Assembly (NCBI GenBank): GCA_951804945.1
Contig: OX638150.1
Coordinates: 67,270,001-67,334,000 of the forward strand
Length of the DNA stretch: 64,000 nt
Origin: Podarcis cretensis
Taxonomy: Eukaryota
Direction: 5' to 3'
Shown here: positions 23,787-37,895 of the stretch, piece after piece
Layout: the number at the start of each line of letters is the position of its first letter
How positions within the stretch are numbered: the stretch's first letter is position 1
The notes under the pieces: model-generated
Database searches by the model: none
Seen by the model: the letters and a program-made list of their open reading frames with translations, nothing else
Told to the model about the DNA's origin: nothing
Made by a program: the position numbers and the translations under genes

Positions 23787-26509
23787 GCAAGAAATTGAGT
23801 TTCTCACTAGAATTCCTATCCTGTCTTGGCACTTGGTTTCTTTGCAAAGTGTAGGTGTCAAACGTAAAGTGCCCCTGCTCTCCAAAGATAGTAACTTCAT
23901 AAATTTGAGACAAAGCCACTATATAGACCTGATGAGTAAGGCACGAGTGTCTGGAAAGGGGGACGTTTTCATATTCTTCATCAGCTTTCCTCTTCCAGAT
24001 TTTTCTGTTAGTTTCTTGCCTAATTGATATGAAACACATAACTCTCCAATTCAATCCAACATTTTTAAAAAAAGAAAACAGCAAGTTATGGAGAATCAAA
24101 ACCAAAAAGGTCTGTGTGGCCACATTTTACTTAGCAAATATGACATTTGAAAACTCTGTACCCATGTGTGAGTCACCCAGGTGTTTGTAGCATTTCCATA
24201 CCAGTGATGTGACAAATGTTCAGCTGTAGAACACTACCACAAATATGCAAAGTGGTTGTTTTTTTAGACTTCCATGTAGAGGTTTCAGTATTTAAACCCT
24301 CGGTTACTGTGCGACAGGTGGTGTTTGTTCCATCACTGCGGCAAGAAAATTACATGTACTCAGCCTTCCCTTGCTTTTCAACTTTTGTGAAGAGTTGGCA
24401 AACCTGCAAATGCAGGTATGTGTGGCTCTGAAGGTTGCAACTATGTTATTGGCAGGCAGAATGGAGGTCTCAAAGCCGAACTTTTTCCTGCTGCAGACTT
24501 GCTGCCATTGGGGAAATTTTTGTGTAAAGAGAGAAAATACCCAGAGAGAGAAAATAATTCCTATATTGCTTTGACAATTTTTGTCTCAATATGAGTTCAA
24601 TAGTGCCTATTTACACTTCCATCAGTAAGAATCTGCTATGTGTCAAAACTCGTTACTCATTCCACGCAGCTCAAAGCATACTCTGGGAGTGGTAGAAACA
24701 TATTTTAATTCTGTTTTCCCAGTTTGCAACAGAATTCCTGTTGGGGATGAAGATGCAGAGAATTACATTTCTATTCAGCACTAGGAATACACCAGTGCCT
24801 TGTTGAAGCTCTTCCTCAAAATGGATGTCAGAGGCCTACTTTAGTGGAGGAGTAATGTGAATAACTTGTCTCTTGATGTATACAAGCCCGTTTTAGATGT
24901 CTCTGAAAAGAGCTATTGCTCTTGGCTGTCAGAGGTGAAAGCCTGTCATGAAAGAGAAAAAGGCTTATCATGTTTCTGGATGCCTGCTTTATTAGCTTCA
25001 CAACAAGGAATAGGATTAGTACACCTGAGACTCTGTCAGACTTGTATTCGTTTAGAGTGAAAAGTAGTTTGATCAGGTTGTGTACAAACATAGCTAGTCT
25101 GTTTCTTCCCTTTTCTCTCAGAAGATTGAAGCTTTCCCTCAGGAGAAGGAGGGGGGGGACCCTGAAAGCCGCTCCAGGCTCCTTTCGCAATTATGTTTGA
25201 TTTTCACTACTTCAGAGCAAAGTGCAGCTGTATCCTAGTATCATCTCCTTGGTAAGATCAGTTTTAGGCTGAGAAACAAACAACCAGAAATACTTGTCCA
25301 ACCTCTCTTGGCATTGTTAGGAATTTCTTCAGCTGACTGCTGTACTGATACATTCCCGGCTTCAGCGTTTAAAGCTTAGATAAGTGAACCTGAACTACAT
25401 TACAAATTGGTTTAAGTGGCCTGGTCTCCCCACTGAACCTTGGGAACTGTAGTTTGGTGATTTCATAGTTCAAAGTGAACTTCAGTTCACAAGGTTCCTT
25501 GCTCAAAAACCATAGCAGGCTCAAAATTGATTTAAATTTGTAGTGCAGGTATACTTTTAGCCTCAATCACTGGGTTTGATTCTTCTATGCCTTTGCTTTC
25601 TGTGTCTATTTTCCCTCTGAGACTGTTCCCATTTGTAAATAAAGGGGTAACGTTTGCATTTTTTGTATAATGTAAAATGTAAAAAATAATACAGTAAAAA
25701 TACCTATTACACACCCTTTTTGTCAGGCATTAGCTCTCTAGCTTTGCAACTCAACAGATCAGAACGGATAGATATATGGCATATAATACACACAAAAATA
25801 CTCTGAACTAAACCCCGGTTTAGTTGCAAGTACCCACCAGAGTACTTCGGACTGGAAGGAACATGCAAGCTGTTTAATCTGTCTTCCTGTTTTATTTCTG
25901 AGAAGAAATTGCTGCTACGAACCTAAAAATGAATGTACAGTTTATTTATTTATTTTTGCTTGATGGATTTAGATTTCTGTATACAAAAGAGTTCAACCTC
26001 TAAGGCAATAAATATATTGATGTAACATAGACTGCTTCAGAGTTATTTCTTGCAGGCTAACTATTAGGACAATTTATATATGGCACAATTTATATACTGA
26101 CAATTTTGATGCCAGGAATATTTACACACTTGGTTTATTACGTTGTAGGTTATTGCAGAAAAACAATCCAAAATAAGCTGCTGAGAAGCTGATAAAAACA
26201 GCAGTTGCCTTAAAACCATCCACCATCACCCCACAGCAGGAGAATACAATCACCTTGAGGCCAAAGGCTGGACTTTTTCTTATTTTTATTTTTTGAAGGG
26301 GAGGAGGAATCTTAGCAAAATAGACTCCACTGCTAAGGTTAGCTATTCCTTTATGGTTGTGAGTTGTTTATTCATTGCAGAATTGGGAAGGGTGTGCTTC
26401 TGCATTTCAGAGGTGTGTATTTGTGAGATCCCCTTCTGAACTGAGGTGAAAGTTTTCGTTTGGGAATAAATGGATTTATTCATAGTTTAATGTAGAAGAT
26501 TAACTGTGA

Positions 26510-27470
26510 ACTGTCATGATGAGTTTATACCGGGAGATGCCATGTATCTGCAGGGAGACTGAGCAGCAGTTATTGCGATGTGTCCAACTGGGGGATATGG
26601 CCCACGTACTTGAGCCAAGGCATCAGAATCTGATCAATTTTAGTTGGTTGACTGTAGGCCAGTAAGGCTGCAGAATTCCACCCAAATTGAAATTATTAGC
26701 AGGGGGTAGGTGGGGGCCTTCTGAGAGAATAAAAGGCTGGGATCTGGTCAAGAAGGGACAGGGGAAAGTGTGTGTGGTTGTTGTTCATCTGCTGGAAGTT
26801 GAGTCACACAGCGGACACCTGGGGACTTAAGGAGAGGCTTGGAGTGGCTTGTGAAACCTGAGAGGATCTGAGAGCTGAAATCACTGGCTAGAGCTGTGGA
26901 AGAAGAATGGCGGGGAAGCGAGGCAGCATTCAGAAGAGTTCTGCCCTCAAGAATCAGCAGCATTATGGGGAAACTGAGGTAACAACAGTTTCTGGGCAGG
27001 GGGGCGGGGGAAGGCTGCAGAAGTCCTGAAAAAAACTTGAGACTCAACAGGGAAGTGTTCATGGACTTAACTGAAGACTGCAAGTGTGCTCAGTCGATGA
27101 GAATTAACTGAGGAAGAGTGACATCGGGAAAATTAGCTTTGGGTTTGAATACAGGTAGGACCAAGCTCACACGATTACGGAAAGGAATCCTATGTTGTAT
27201 TTGCTATTTCATTTAAAGTGGCAGCGTAACAGTGTAAACATTCTTATTTAAAGCAATTCTAAGGAAGCGAAGCTGGTTAAGGAACCAGGCATACATACAA
27301 ATATCACTATTTATATTTTACTAATATAATTGACTTGGTGTTTTTTTTTACCTCATGGTTGGACCTCTGTGCTGTTTTGTCCTACTCCTAACCACGGCCA
27401 GTGGTTCTTAAACTGAGGTAGAAAATAGATGGCATTCAGATACATGGTGGCCGCAGTACTAAAGGGTTAG
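26510..27470 (+). mobile_element. Possible degenerate LTR-like element
   Basis: Purine-rich block starting TGTCATGA, a TATA-like AATAAAAG near 26728, and a PBS-like TGGTGGC near 27445. Boundaries and TSD are unclear. Confidence 0.25.
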
Positions 27471-29461
27471 GAAATGAAGGAATGTGGCATAGCTAAGGGG
27501 AAAAGCTAATGTGTGAGAGGCATCCCTCCATAATAATAAAAGGGGCAGTGAAAGGATGCTCATAGGCTTGTAAGGAACTAGAATATCTTTGCATCCTTCT
27601 GCTGAAGTTACGCCGCTGTGATAGGAGATGGTAGAAAGTAGTGCCAGACCCAGTCATGTGCCAAGCATGCAGGAGGAGGAGGAGGTAGGCTGCCTTTTCC
27701 GCTTGGGACTTTTGTGCTTGTGTATAGAAAACCTATATATAAAGTAACCCAAGTTAGATTCGGAATAGTTCCTGTCATAGCAAAATGTGAGGTGACAAAG
27801 GACAAGTGAAGTCAAAAAGACCAAGCAGGCGGAAAAGCCCTTGCTTTTTTCCCTTGTTGCTTCCAGATGGAAATGAAGCCTTGTTTTTCAAAGCCGTTAT
27901 CTCTTTTCCTACACTTACATCGCTTTATCTTTGGTGTTTTTCACAAGAGCACTTTTATGTTCTTTGCTGAACCCTCTGAATATTCTTCCTGCTGCCCGTT
28001 AGCAAGCAGCACAATCTATTAACAATGTGTTGTTGTTTTACCATTTTACTTCATCTGTAAACTCATGCTGATTTGGGGAATTTTTAAAAAAACTCTGCAT
28101 ACTCTTGTATAGAAAAGTGTCTGAGTAATATGTATACAAATATTATGGGTTGTATTCAATGTAGCACTAAGGAGAACATTCCATCAGCACAAAGATTTCT
28201 CCTTACTTAATGACATGTTACGGCAAAAGGGTTCTTCTAGCCCTACCTAGTTTTCTATGTTTTATGTTTTATGTATAAGGGAGATGCAAGTAGTATAGCC
28301 ACACAAATAGTATAGCCCTGTCACAACTTTACCATTTCAGTGGGAATGAGGTGTTTGTAACTCAGTGAATGCATTTCCTAGAAGAAGCAGGTTGCTCAGT
28401 TCTGACTCATTATATTACTTGAAACAAATGTCTTTTATTATTCTGTTAAGCAAAGGGTGGGGAGCACCAAACCTCAGGAAAAGCAAAAGAAGAAAAAGAG
28501 CCTCAGAATGATGCTAAAAGTCCATCTTTATCAAATACAGTTCTTGAAAAATACCTGGAAGCCCTGCGTATTTTGATAGAAAATTATCTTCATAGATACT
28601 TACTGAAAACAAGCTTCTCCTATCCAAAATAAGGATTTTCTATTGTTGACTTGATAAATGCCTCTTCCTTTGCTTCCCTTGATAGCGCCAACCAGATTTG
28701 TCACATCAGACTCAGTAGAATGTGTCCTATGCTGAAGACAAACTAGTCATCATGCTAGCCTGTTCTCAGTCTCTGTTAGTAGAATAAAGCCGTGCTGTTG
28801 GATAAAAGGTATCACAATATTAAATGCTGCCATTGTCAGCTCTTATTTGGTATACATCAGAACCAAAAACCCATCTCTTCAAACATTCTTCAAGGAAAAG
28901 AAAAGGCCTTAAACTTTTTTTGCTAGTCCCTCCAAAATTATTCTTGCTGTACTCATTACTACTGTCCGCTAGATGGCAATAGTTTAAAGAGAATTTGTGT
29001 TCTGCTCAGCTGGCAAAAATGACATCAGCCTCTTTCACTACAGTCTATATAGAAGGCTGGCAAAGTAGAGGGAAGAGCATTAGGTGCATACCGGTATGTT
29101 TGTTTCAGCCAAGAGCCCAATTTAAAGTAGAAAGAGAATCTTGGAGGAGTTTTGGATGAAAGAGCTGCTTTTTCCTGCTTGATTTGACACAGATAATTTT
29201 AAACTAAAGTAATATAGTTTAATTAGCTTTGAACACACACACACCAATGTGTGCCCTTTAGTTTTATATTTTAAGAAGCAAATGTTTCCATCAGAGGCTC
29301 TTTGAACAGAACCCAGGCGGGTGCATATCAGCTCTAAGTCATTATGCAAATTGCTAACTAGAATAGCCTTTTGCAAACATTTCAGCCAAAACCTTGGATT
29401 TTTTAAGTTAAGGGGGCACTTTGGATATCCTATTCCATTCCCACTCATTGCATCAGACTGA

Positions 29462-29492
<31 letters not shown>

Positions 29493-29496
29493 TATT
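29462..29496. repeat. (ATT)n microsatellite
   Basis: Directly visible. Confidence 0.9.
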
Positions 29497-31186
29497 AGAT
29501 TTATATACCTTGAGAGGCACACGAGCAGTTCCTTGAAATGTTTCATCAGAATCATGCAGAACCAGCCTTCGTCTTGCTTCTGTGGTGCAATGTATTTTAT
29601 GGCATATATGTATGGCGCACATCTGCCACAGATAGGAATGTCACTCTGATGCACCTTGCAGTACTACCTACAGAGCTATCTGTGCCTTGGAATGGTTTGT
29701 TGAGGGCAAAACCAGATGCAATGTGAGAGACATGTGATCAGATAACCTGACATGTTTTAATTTGCTTTGAAGTCGCTTTACAGGAACAGAGGCAGCTGGT
29801 TTGGATGGGGCCCATGACACTTTGGGGCAAGGGGGTAACACTTTCCTTCCACACACAAAAATATCCCCCTTCCTCAAGCTGCAGAGGGTTAGAAGCTGAG
29901 AACAATATAGGATATTTGGATAGGACCTGTATGTGTGACTGCAACACAGAATTGTGTGTATTCCTTTCCCTAATTTTCCTGTGGTTTTTCTATCGTATCC
30001 ACTGCAGCCCAAGTGCAACGTGACGTGTTAGATGCATATTTCTCTCGCAACATATTTTTATTCAATGTGGCTGCAAAACTGGGAGTATGTTCTCCTGATA
30101 CCACCACAAATTCCAATCCAATGAGGACCAGTTAGACATCGCAGAAACTTCGCCTTGTCAGTAAAATGAAGTGTGCACATACAGTTGCCTTGAAACCAGC
30201 TGGTGCTACTTCAAGCCCATCTCTTGGAAATGAATTTTCCTTATTTGAAAAAGACAGAGGCTGTGAATACTGTCCATGCAATCCAATAGTGTTATGGAAG
30301 TGGCAGTGAGTTCAATGGGACTTACTCCAAGGTAAGTGAATATAGGATTGCTGCCTGAGTTATATGGAAACTGACAGCTTTGAATACTAATTTTGCCTGA
30401 TATTATGAGCTCTTAGCCAATTCATGTGTGTGGATTTTTGTCTGAACTTCTTGCCCAATGACTTCCTTATACAATGAAACAGTGGGAATTAATTTGTTTC
30501 AAAAACGGCATAGAGCTTGTCAGCCTTCATTGGAGTGAAGATGCTCAGAGTTTGCCTCTTCCATTAGAACGCTATTTAATTAAAATTTCAACTCCTTAAA
30601 ACAGGTCTTCAAGTGCCTCATTGCATTGAATTGTAGTGGGTAGCAGAGTGTGAATCATTCTCTAGGAACCAGTTTCACTCTCAGCTCTGCCTTTATCACC
30701 CACCATCAGCTAACAAAAAAAGCTCCAGTTTTTGTTACAAAAGCTGGTGTATGGGTTTTCAGTCAGCAGATTCTCAGAGAGAGAATTCAACAGGTTGCTG
30801 CACTTGGCCTCAATAAAGACTTCAAAAGGACATGCATCTATTGAGAAAACAAAACCAAACCACCATCCCATAGTGGGTTGATAATATAATTGCATGCAAA
30901 TGTCAATAAAATATTAAGGCAATCTTCTGCTGAGTTGGTGGAAATGGCATCTTTGTTTCGCACAGAGCTCTGCTGGATGATACCGAGATTGGTTCTTCAA
31001 TCAGTATAATTTATTTTATTTATTATTGAACAAAATGATTATAATAAAACCTCTAAGCAGCTTACAAGAAATATTAAAATCATTGGTGAAAACATTTAAA
31101 AACAATTAAAAACATTTTAAAAATAATTAATTTTAACAGTAAAAACTCATCAACATTTATGTGTCTGGATAGGCTTGCCTATCATA

Positions 31187-31555
31187 AAGGTAAAGGTAAA
31201 GGTAAAGGTACCCCTGCCCGTACGGGCCAGTCTTGACAGACTCTGGGGTTGTGCGCCCATCTCACTTAAGAGGCCAGGGGCCAGCGCTGTCCGGAGACAC
31301 TTCCGGGTCACGTGGCCAGCGTGACATCGCTGCTCTGGCGAGCCAGAGCCGCACACGGAAACGCCGTTTACCTTCCCACCGGTAAGCGGTCCCTATTTAT
31401 CTACTTGCACCCGGAGGTGCTTTCGAACTGCTAGGTTGGCAGGCGCTGGGACCGAGCAGCGGGAGCGCACCCCGCCGCAGGGATTCGAACCGCCGACCTT
31501 TCGATCGGCAAGTCCTAGGCGCTGAGGCTTTAACCCACAGCGCCACCTGCGTCCC
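31187..31555 (-). mobile_element. Sauria SINE, young full-length copy 2
   Basis: Near-identical to 2329-2706, with A/B boxes and (ACCTTT)n tail. TSD TTGCCTATCATA at 31175-31186 and 31556-31567. Confidence 0.9.
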
Positions 31556-31764
31556 TTGCCTATCATACTGCCTAACAAAAACAACTTTACTGCTAAAGTA
31601 TAGACAGAGGCGTCTATGCAACTCTGAGACAACCTAGAGGTGCGCTGCTTCACTCTGCCATTAACAAGAAACGTGTGTTAAGCCTCTTCAGATGTTTTGG
31701 ACGACAGCACCCATCAGCCCTGACCATTGACTATTTTGTTATCTGACATTAACTCATTAAGGAA

Positions 31765-32055
31765 AGGAACAACAACAACAACAACAACAGTATCCCACCC
31801 ATCTTGCCTCAGCCACTCGGCATCTTCCAACACATATAAAAACATAAAAGATTACACATCAAAAACTTCTCTATATAGGGCTGCCTGCCTTCAGATGTCT
31901 TCTAAAAGTTGTATAGTTGTTTATTTCCTTCACATCTGAAGGGAGGGCATTCCACATGGTAGGTGCCACTACTGAGAAGGCCCTCTGGCTGGTTCCCTGT
32001 AATTTCACTTCTTGCAGTGAGGGAACCGCCACAAGGCCCTTAGAACTAGATCTAA
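31765..32055 (-). mobile_element. L2 LINE 3' fragment
   Basis: (ACA)n-type run followed by gggagggcattccaca..ggtgccactactgagaaggccctc..., the reverse-strand squamate L2 3' end pattern (recall). Confidence 0.6.
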
Positions 32056-32802
32056 TTTCCTAAATGTTTTAGTAAATAAATAAGTCATGGTTACTGGTGG
32101 AGCAGACATGCTAACTTTGCCTAGATTGCTGTTTTCCATTGTTTTCTTTGTGAATCAAAGTTAAGGTTGATACTCCAATTTAAGTGAAAAGCAGGTAGTA
32201 TATTATTCTGGAGTACGTTCTGCGAGACTATCTTGTGATGTAGAAGAAACTGGCAGGAAACAATGGCTGCTGGAAGTCAGCCTCTTAACTCGGGGATTTC
32301 ATAAGCTGTAATTGCGTTAAGGGCAATAAGAGCTCCAGCTAAATAAAGTGGCATGAAAAGAAGTAGTCAGCACACAGCAAATGGCACTGATTGCTCTTCA
32401 CCCACTGCAAGCTTTAGAGTGTCATCTCGGGAAATCCAACCACACATCCTAAGCGAAGAAAGTTAAGTCAGGTTTCAACTGGCCCTGCTCAAAGCAGAAA
32501 TGGAAATCCCCCCTACCCGCCCACTCCTCCTTGCTATTAGCTGTGGTGGTGAAGAATATCACTGTCAGGACTGCTCAGAGAACAATAGGCAATCCTGGAG
32601 TAGCTGGAGCTGTTTCATTCAGGCACAGAAAAGAATTAAAGTTCATTTGCCCCTGAAAAGCCCCCCCCCCCATCTCAGGCTATGTGTTGAAACCAGAAAT
32701 TAGTATACAACCAGACACACGAGGTTTTTGGTAACCCACCCTGCCATCACCAACATTTTGTAGAAAAGACTAATTGCCAAGTACCATATGCATGTGGGAC
32801 CA

Positions 32803-32974
32803 NNNNNNNNNNNNNNNNNNNNNNNNNNNNNNNNNNNNNNNNNNNNNNNNNNNNNNNNNNNNNNNNNNNNNNNNNNNNNNNNNNNNNNNNNNNNNNNNNN
32901 NNNNNNNNNNNNNNNNNNNNNNNNNNNNNNNNNNNNNNNNNNNNNNNNNNNNNNNNNNNNNNNNNNNNNNNNNN
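32803..32974. other. Assembly gap (172 N)
   Basis: Run of N. Confidence 1.
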
Positions 32975-33329
32975 AATATCAGCTGAGCCTCACAAAATAC
33001 CTTTGAAATGGCGTCAATGGTTTATTTATTTTAAACAGATCATTAAGATGCTATCATTAATAAACCATTTATAGGGAGGAAAGCCCCCCCAATAAACCAT
33101 AACCCCAAATTGCAACTGCTGTGTCCAGAGGCTTCACCACCGAATAGGAATAGTCACTCAGGTGCGAGACTCAGAGGCTCCTGGATGAAGAGGAAGACTG
33201 GCTCAAGACATTAGAGTAATCTAGGGTTCCTGGTAAATGGAACCATAGGGCTAGTGATCAGTTTGCAAATGTTCTTGGAAAGCACACACAGTGCTAGCGA
33301 CCAGAAGCGCTTTCTAGCTTTCAAAAATG

Positions 33330-33795
33330 ATTTGCCATCTCTGCCTTCCTTCCTCTTGGGAGAACATGGACTTGGGAACTATCATTCATGCCACAGCGAC
33401 CTCAAGGATTGATTACTGCAATGTGCTGCATGTGGGATTGCTCAAGATGGTTGGGAGGCTATATGATGTGAAATGCCTGGGTGGTAGTCCACCAGGACCA
33501 TGCACGAATCTGTTCTTTGCCATCACAGGGGTGGGCAGCCTTGTTGGGTTGGTTTGTTTTTTTACTAGAACTATTTGAGCCACTTTGCTTTTGCTGCTGT
33601 TTTATCTTTGACGACTTTGGTGATTCTAGCATTTTACTGGGTTTTACCATTTTGAATATTGTCATTAGTTACTGTTACTTATTCATTTTATCACTGCTTA
33701 TTTCTGGTTTTTAAATGTATTGTGTTGTGATGTTAGGGGAAGCTGCCTTGGGAGGATTTTGACCCTAAAAGATGGCTTGTAAATATTTAAAACAG
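33330..33795 (+). mobile_element. L2 LINE ORF2 C-terminal/3' fragment
   Basis: Translates DLGTIIHATATSRIDYCNVLHVGL (L2 'SRLDYCN' motif), followed by a T-rich 3'UTR and a gctgccttgg...aaat tail. Confidence 0.7.
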
Positions 33796-36744
33796 AAAGC
33801 CAATGAGAGCCAGGTGCAAAATAGATACAATTAGCATAAAAGAGCAGGGTACTGCTGGGCAGATTCTGAGACTAGGAATTTGTTTTCCCATACCAGAAGT
33901 GAACTGAGCTCACTGCCCCTTCAAGCACAAGTCTTTCTTCATTTCATCAGCCTAATTTTGGCAGGAAAAGTCATTTTGTTGCTACTGTTGGTGAACTATT
34001 GAGAGTGAAAAGCCCTTTATAATCTATTGCGGAACAGCCAGAGAGACCAGTACAGTAGTTTCTAATATCCCCTTATGCCTTATTGGTTCAAATAAAAGTT
34101 TTGTCTAGGCCGGCATTCTGCTTCTAACAGGGGCCAGCCAGCAGTCACAGAAGAACCTATGAGCAGGTATGAGGCCAACCATAATTTCAGTTCAGAGAGA
34201 CATTTCCTCTCAACATGGAGGTTCCATTTGGCTACCATGGCTAAAAACTGCAGTTTCCCCGTAACCACCTGTGTGGCTTGGGGACATCATTTCTTAAAGG
34301 GCACCTTTCTTCATAATAACTGATTTGCTCAGGGTTCCACCTGTCTATGAAGTAATGAAATCTGCTAGGGTATGTAGAGTGAGGTTGCCTGACACATCAG
34401 ACACCCCCCCCTTAAAAAAACCCCTCAAATCTTTTTATTCTTCTTCTGAAGGTAACAAGGTCTACACAGAGAATTTCATTGCAGCAAACTCCACCCTCTG
34501 GCCTCAAATGAACTAATTATTGGTCCTCATCCAGAAAATCCTTGATCAGCGTTAGAAAAACCACAGTTTATTCATTACTTCTCCAACATGTATGGCTTCC
34601 TTATGCTATAAAGAACCCAAAGTTTTCACCACAAATGAAGGTAGTTTCAAATGCTGCATATACCAATAATGTCTTAGAAAAGGGGGTTCCTTTTCTTAAG
34701 TATTACATAATTGTCAACATTTCGAGGTAAGCAGTCCTTAGTAAACTAAGGGTAGAACACAATCTTAAACCTATGCAGGACACATTGGGACCATAACTTT
34801 TTCCAACACTTGTTTCCTTTTTAGAAAATGTACATATTGTCAAACTAAAGTAAGCACTATACTATTTTCTGTGCATATATAATAGGTTTTCTGCTGCATA
34901 ATTTTGTTTTTCTCTCACTTTTCTTCAACATGTCTGATGCTGGAATCTTAGACATGGCCTTTGAACAAAGCTACTTTGGGGAAATACGAGACTTTTTAAA
35001 AACACAGAAATGAAATCAGTGTCTTGTTCTGTGTGTTATTCATGTAGCATTTTGTTAGGGCTGCCATAAGTCCAGACTTTCCAGGACACAACTGGAATTT
35101 CAAAGGCGGAATTGATTTCCGGGGGGAATTTCCAAAAGCACTTTGTCCTCCATCTTAGGCAAGTCCTGGACCTTAGGCAATCCAGACCTCAGGTCTGAAT
35201 GCCATCTGTCCCATAATACATTCATTACATGGCCTGGGTGTGTGTGTGTGTGCATCTTGCACAATTCCCCCCCACCACCACCAAGAGGAAATACACTTCA
35301 GCAGACCAATATTCAGATGCCATTACATCTGAACCAGCAAACCATGGTTTACAATTCTGATTAGGAGGAGGAAAGCAAACCACAGGTTGCCCATTTGAAT
35401 GTAACAGCAGATGGTGTGTCGTGAGAGAGGGGGGAATGGCAGTGAACAGAAACTCTTTATCTAAGCCTCAACTGCCATGCTTTCATCCATATTAGGATAA
35501 TATTGGTTTGTATCTTATGGTGTTACTCAGCTGATGGTAAGACTTCCATCAGCAGTACAAGATGGAAGCCATTTTTAGCAATCTTCCCATCATTCCCAAA
35601 TCTGATCTGGAGGGTTCCTCAGCTGAAAGATGCCGGACCACCAGCTGAATGACAGCATTGGACACAGCCCACTGTCACAGCTTGCCTGACAGTTGTAAGG
35701 ATTGTGACATTATGTAAAGCACTTTGAGCATTTCAGAGCATTGTATATAAATTATATAACTGTTGTTTTCTGTCCTTCTTTAATTGTTTGCTAGTGTGCC
35801 ATCTAGCTTCAGCTGATTGATTAAATAGGATCTGAACTGATAATCAGAATGTTGCCCTCACCCATTTCTGATGACATTGGGTTGTATCCAATGTTAGTGA
35901 TACTCACAATAAATCTACTGAAATTACTACCATGACTAACTTAAGCCTCTAAACTCCAATGAGTCTATTTTGACTAGGACTAACATACAAACAACCCATT
36001 GTTTTGCCCATTAAAGAGACTAAAGGTTGATATGTTTGCTGTGTCCAAAAGTTAATTCAAATAAGATGAGTTCTGTGGCAACTGCAAAATACAGCATATT
36101 TCTATTGTGGGGTTTCAAAGATTTCAGTCCATTTGTTTGGAAAAACCGGGCAAATTCTTAGTTATAATAAGCAATTCATGGGCGGGGGGGGGGGGGGGGC
36201 GGGCGGTTAAAGCTTTACAAATTTCAAGAAACACTGCCAAAAGCACAGCTTTTCTTTGATTTAACATAACATATTTACTTATGTATGATAATAGCTTTGT
36301 GACACTGTGCGGATTTCAGCAAAAATCAGAAACAAGCAGGAACACATGCAGCCTCAGGGCTTGTACAAGTATTCATAGTGCACTACATAATACCTGCAGT
36401 TTTGAAACCAGGGGGCATTGTACCCCCCAGAGTTAGGCTGACTTAGAGGCATCCATACTTTTCACATCACTAGCACATTATTTCAATTCCTAGTCCAATT
36501 CTTTCACCTAAGGCTTGGGGCACATTAAAATATCATATTGGTTTACTACTTGTCAAATGGGATTTCTTAACGACATTTCAGGACATAAACCTCCCAAGAC
36601 AATTCACAAGCATTTTTTCATTAAATAATAATAATAAGGTGCTATTATTTGTATTAAATACAAATTGCTGAAGTTCAATACCATTCCCTAGACATCATAC
36701 AACAAACCTCATATAATGAAAAATACAATCTGTGGCAGAAAGGG

Positions 36745-36882
36745 CCAGTGTGTCTGGCTGTTCACCAGAAGGCTGGTGGTTTGAGCCCACTCAGGGATGG
36801 CTGTGGGCAGGATTCCTGCATTGCAAAGGGTTGGACTAGATGACCTTGGGGTACATTCAAACTCTGTGATTCTATGATTCTA
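36745..36882 (+). mobile_element. tRNA-derived SINE with CR1-type 3' tail (Squam2-like)
   Basis: Degenerate B box ggtttgagccc, then gggttggactagatgacc...ctctgtgATTCTATGATTCTA, the CR1 terminal repeat. Confidence 0.7.
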
Positions 36883-37079
36883 ATAATGCAAAAGATTAAT
36901 AAAAGCGACATAAAATGTCCCCTAAGAGACAGAACATAAGGAAGTACAACTTAGCCTATGCTACAAGAGCATAAGGTTTATTTAGAACCACAGTAAAACA
37001 ATGAGAGCCTTGGCTTTGTTTTATAGGACAATTTTAATAGGTGTGGGTGAACAAAATGCTCTTCATCTGCACTGAAAAG

Positions 37080-37240
37080 ACCATTCCCTCTTCCCTCCCT
37101 GACCATTTTTCCTTGCGTGCCATATTTCTTTAGATTGTAAGCCTACAGGCAGGGGACTGCCTTAATTAATTGTATGTAAGTCACTCTGGAGCATTTTGGT
37201 CTGGAGAGAGGAGTACAAATGCTCTAAATAAATAAATAAG
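37080..37240 (+). mobile_element. L2-type 3' tail remnant
   Basis: tttagattgtaagcct..ggcaggggactg...tgtaagtcactctg...(AAAT)n tail. Confidence 0.55.
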
Positions 37241-37895
37241 GTGCCAGGAAACTCTTATTCAACTACTGGGGTCCTACCACAGAGAAAGCCCTTTTTTCTA
37301 GCAGCCGCCTGCCTCGCCTCGCTTCATTTGGTGGTGGCTCATAGAGCAAAGCCTTTGAAGAGGATCATAAGGTTTGGGTAAGTATATGCAATCTTTCAGT
37401 AAAATTACAGCAACCTCCTGATTTACAGGCAGCAAGAAGAAAAGTTAAAAGAACAGCACTATGCGATTGAAATAGGAAAGTTTTCGAGGATCTTTTAAAA
37501 CCCATTAAAGATGGGCCCATGCATATTTCCTTGGGAACATTACAACAAAGAGGAAAACATCAAATCAATCATCTACTAAAATGCCAGGCTGTTAGCAGCC
37601 AAAATTTGGCAACTAAGCTAAACCAAGATTTTTAAAAACGCAACAGCAGCTTTGCATCACTTGGGCCTAATGCAAATTTGTATCTGGCCAAATATATTCA
37701 CCTCTTTTATTACAACCTTCTCTGTAATGGAAGCCCAATGAAGCAACAGGAGAGGTTCCCCAGCCAACCATCCCACCTCCATACCCCTCCCCCTACATTG
37801 TTTCCCCCACCAGGCATAGTTCCAAATCTGTATTTCTAGTGGAAGGGAATAAAAATGGGCCAAGGAAGGCCCCAGGGATGGGGAAGCATATCACT

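Larger units (their letters stand above)
20481..26030 (+). other. LSM11: Probable long LSM11 3'UTR ending at AATAAA 25638-25643 or 26007-26012
   Basis: No obvious transposons noticed in this U-rich stretch after the stop. It ends in an AU-rich block with two AATAAA. Mammalian LSM11 has a long 3'UTR (recall). Confidence 0.5.
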
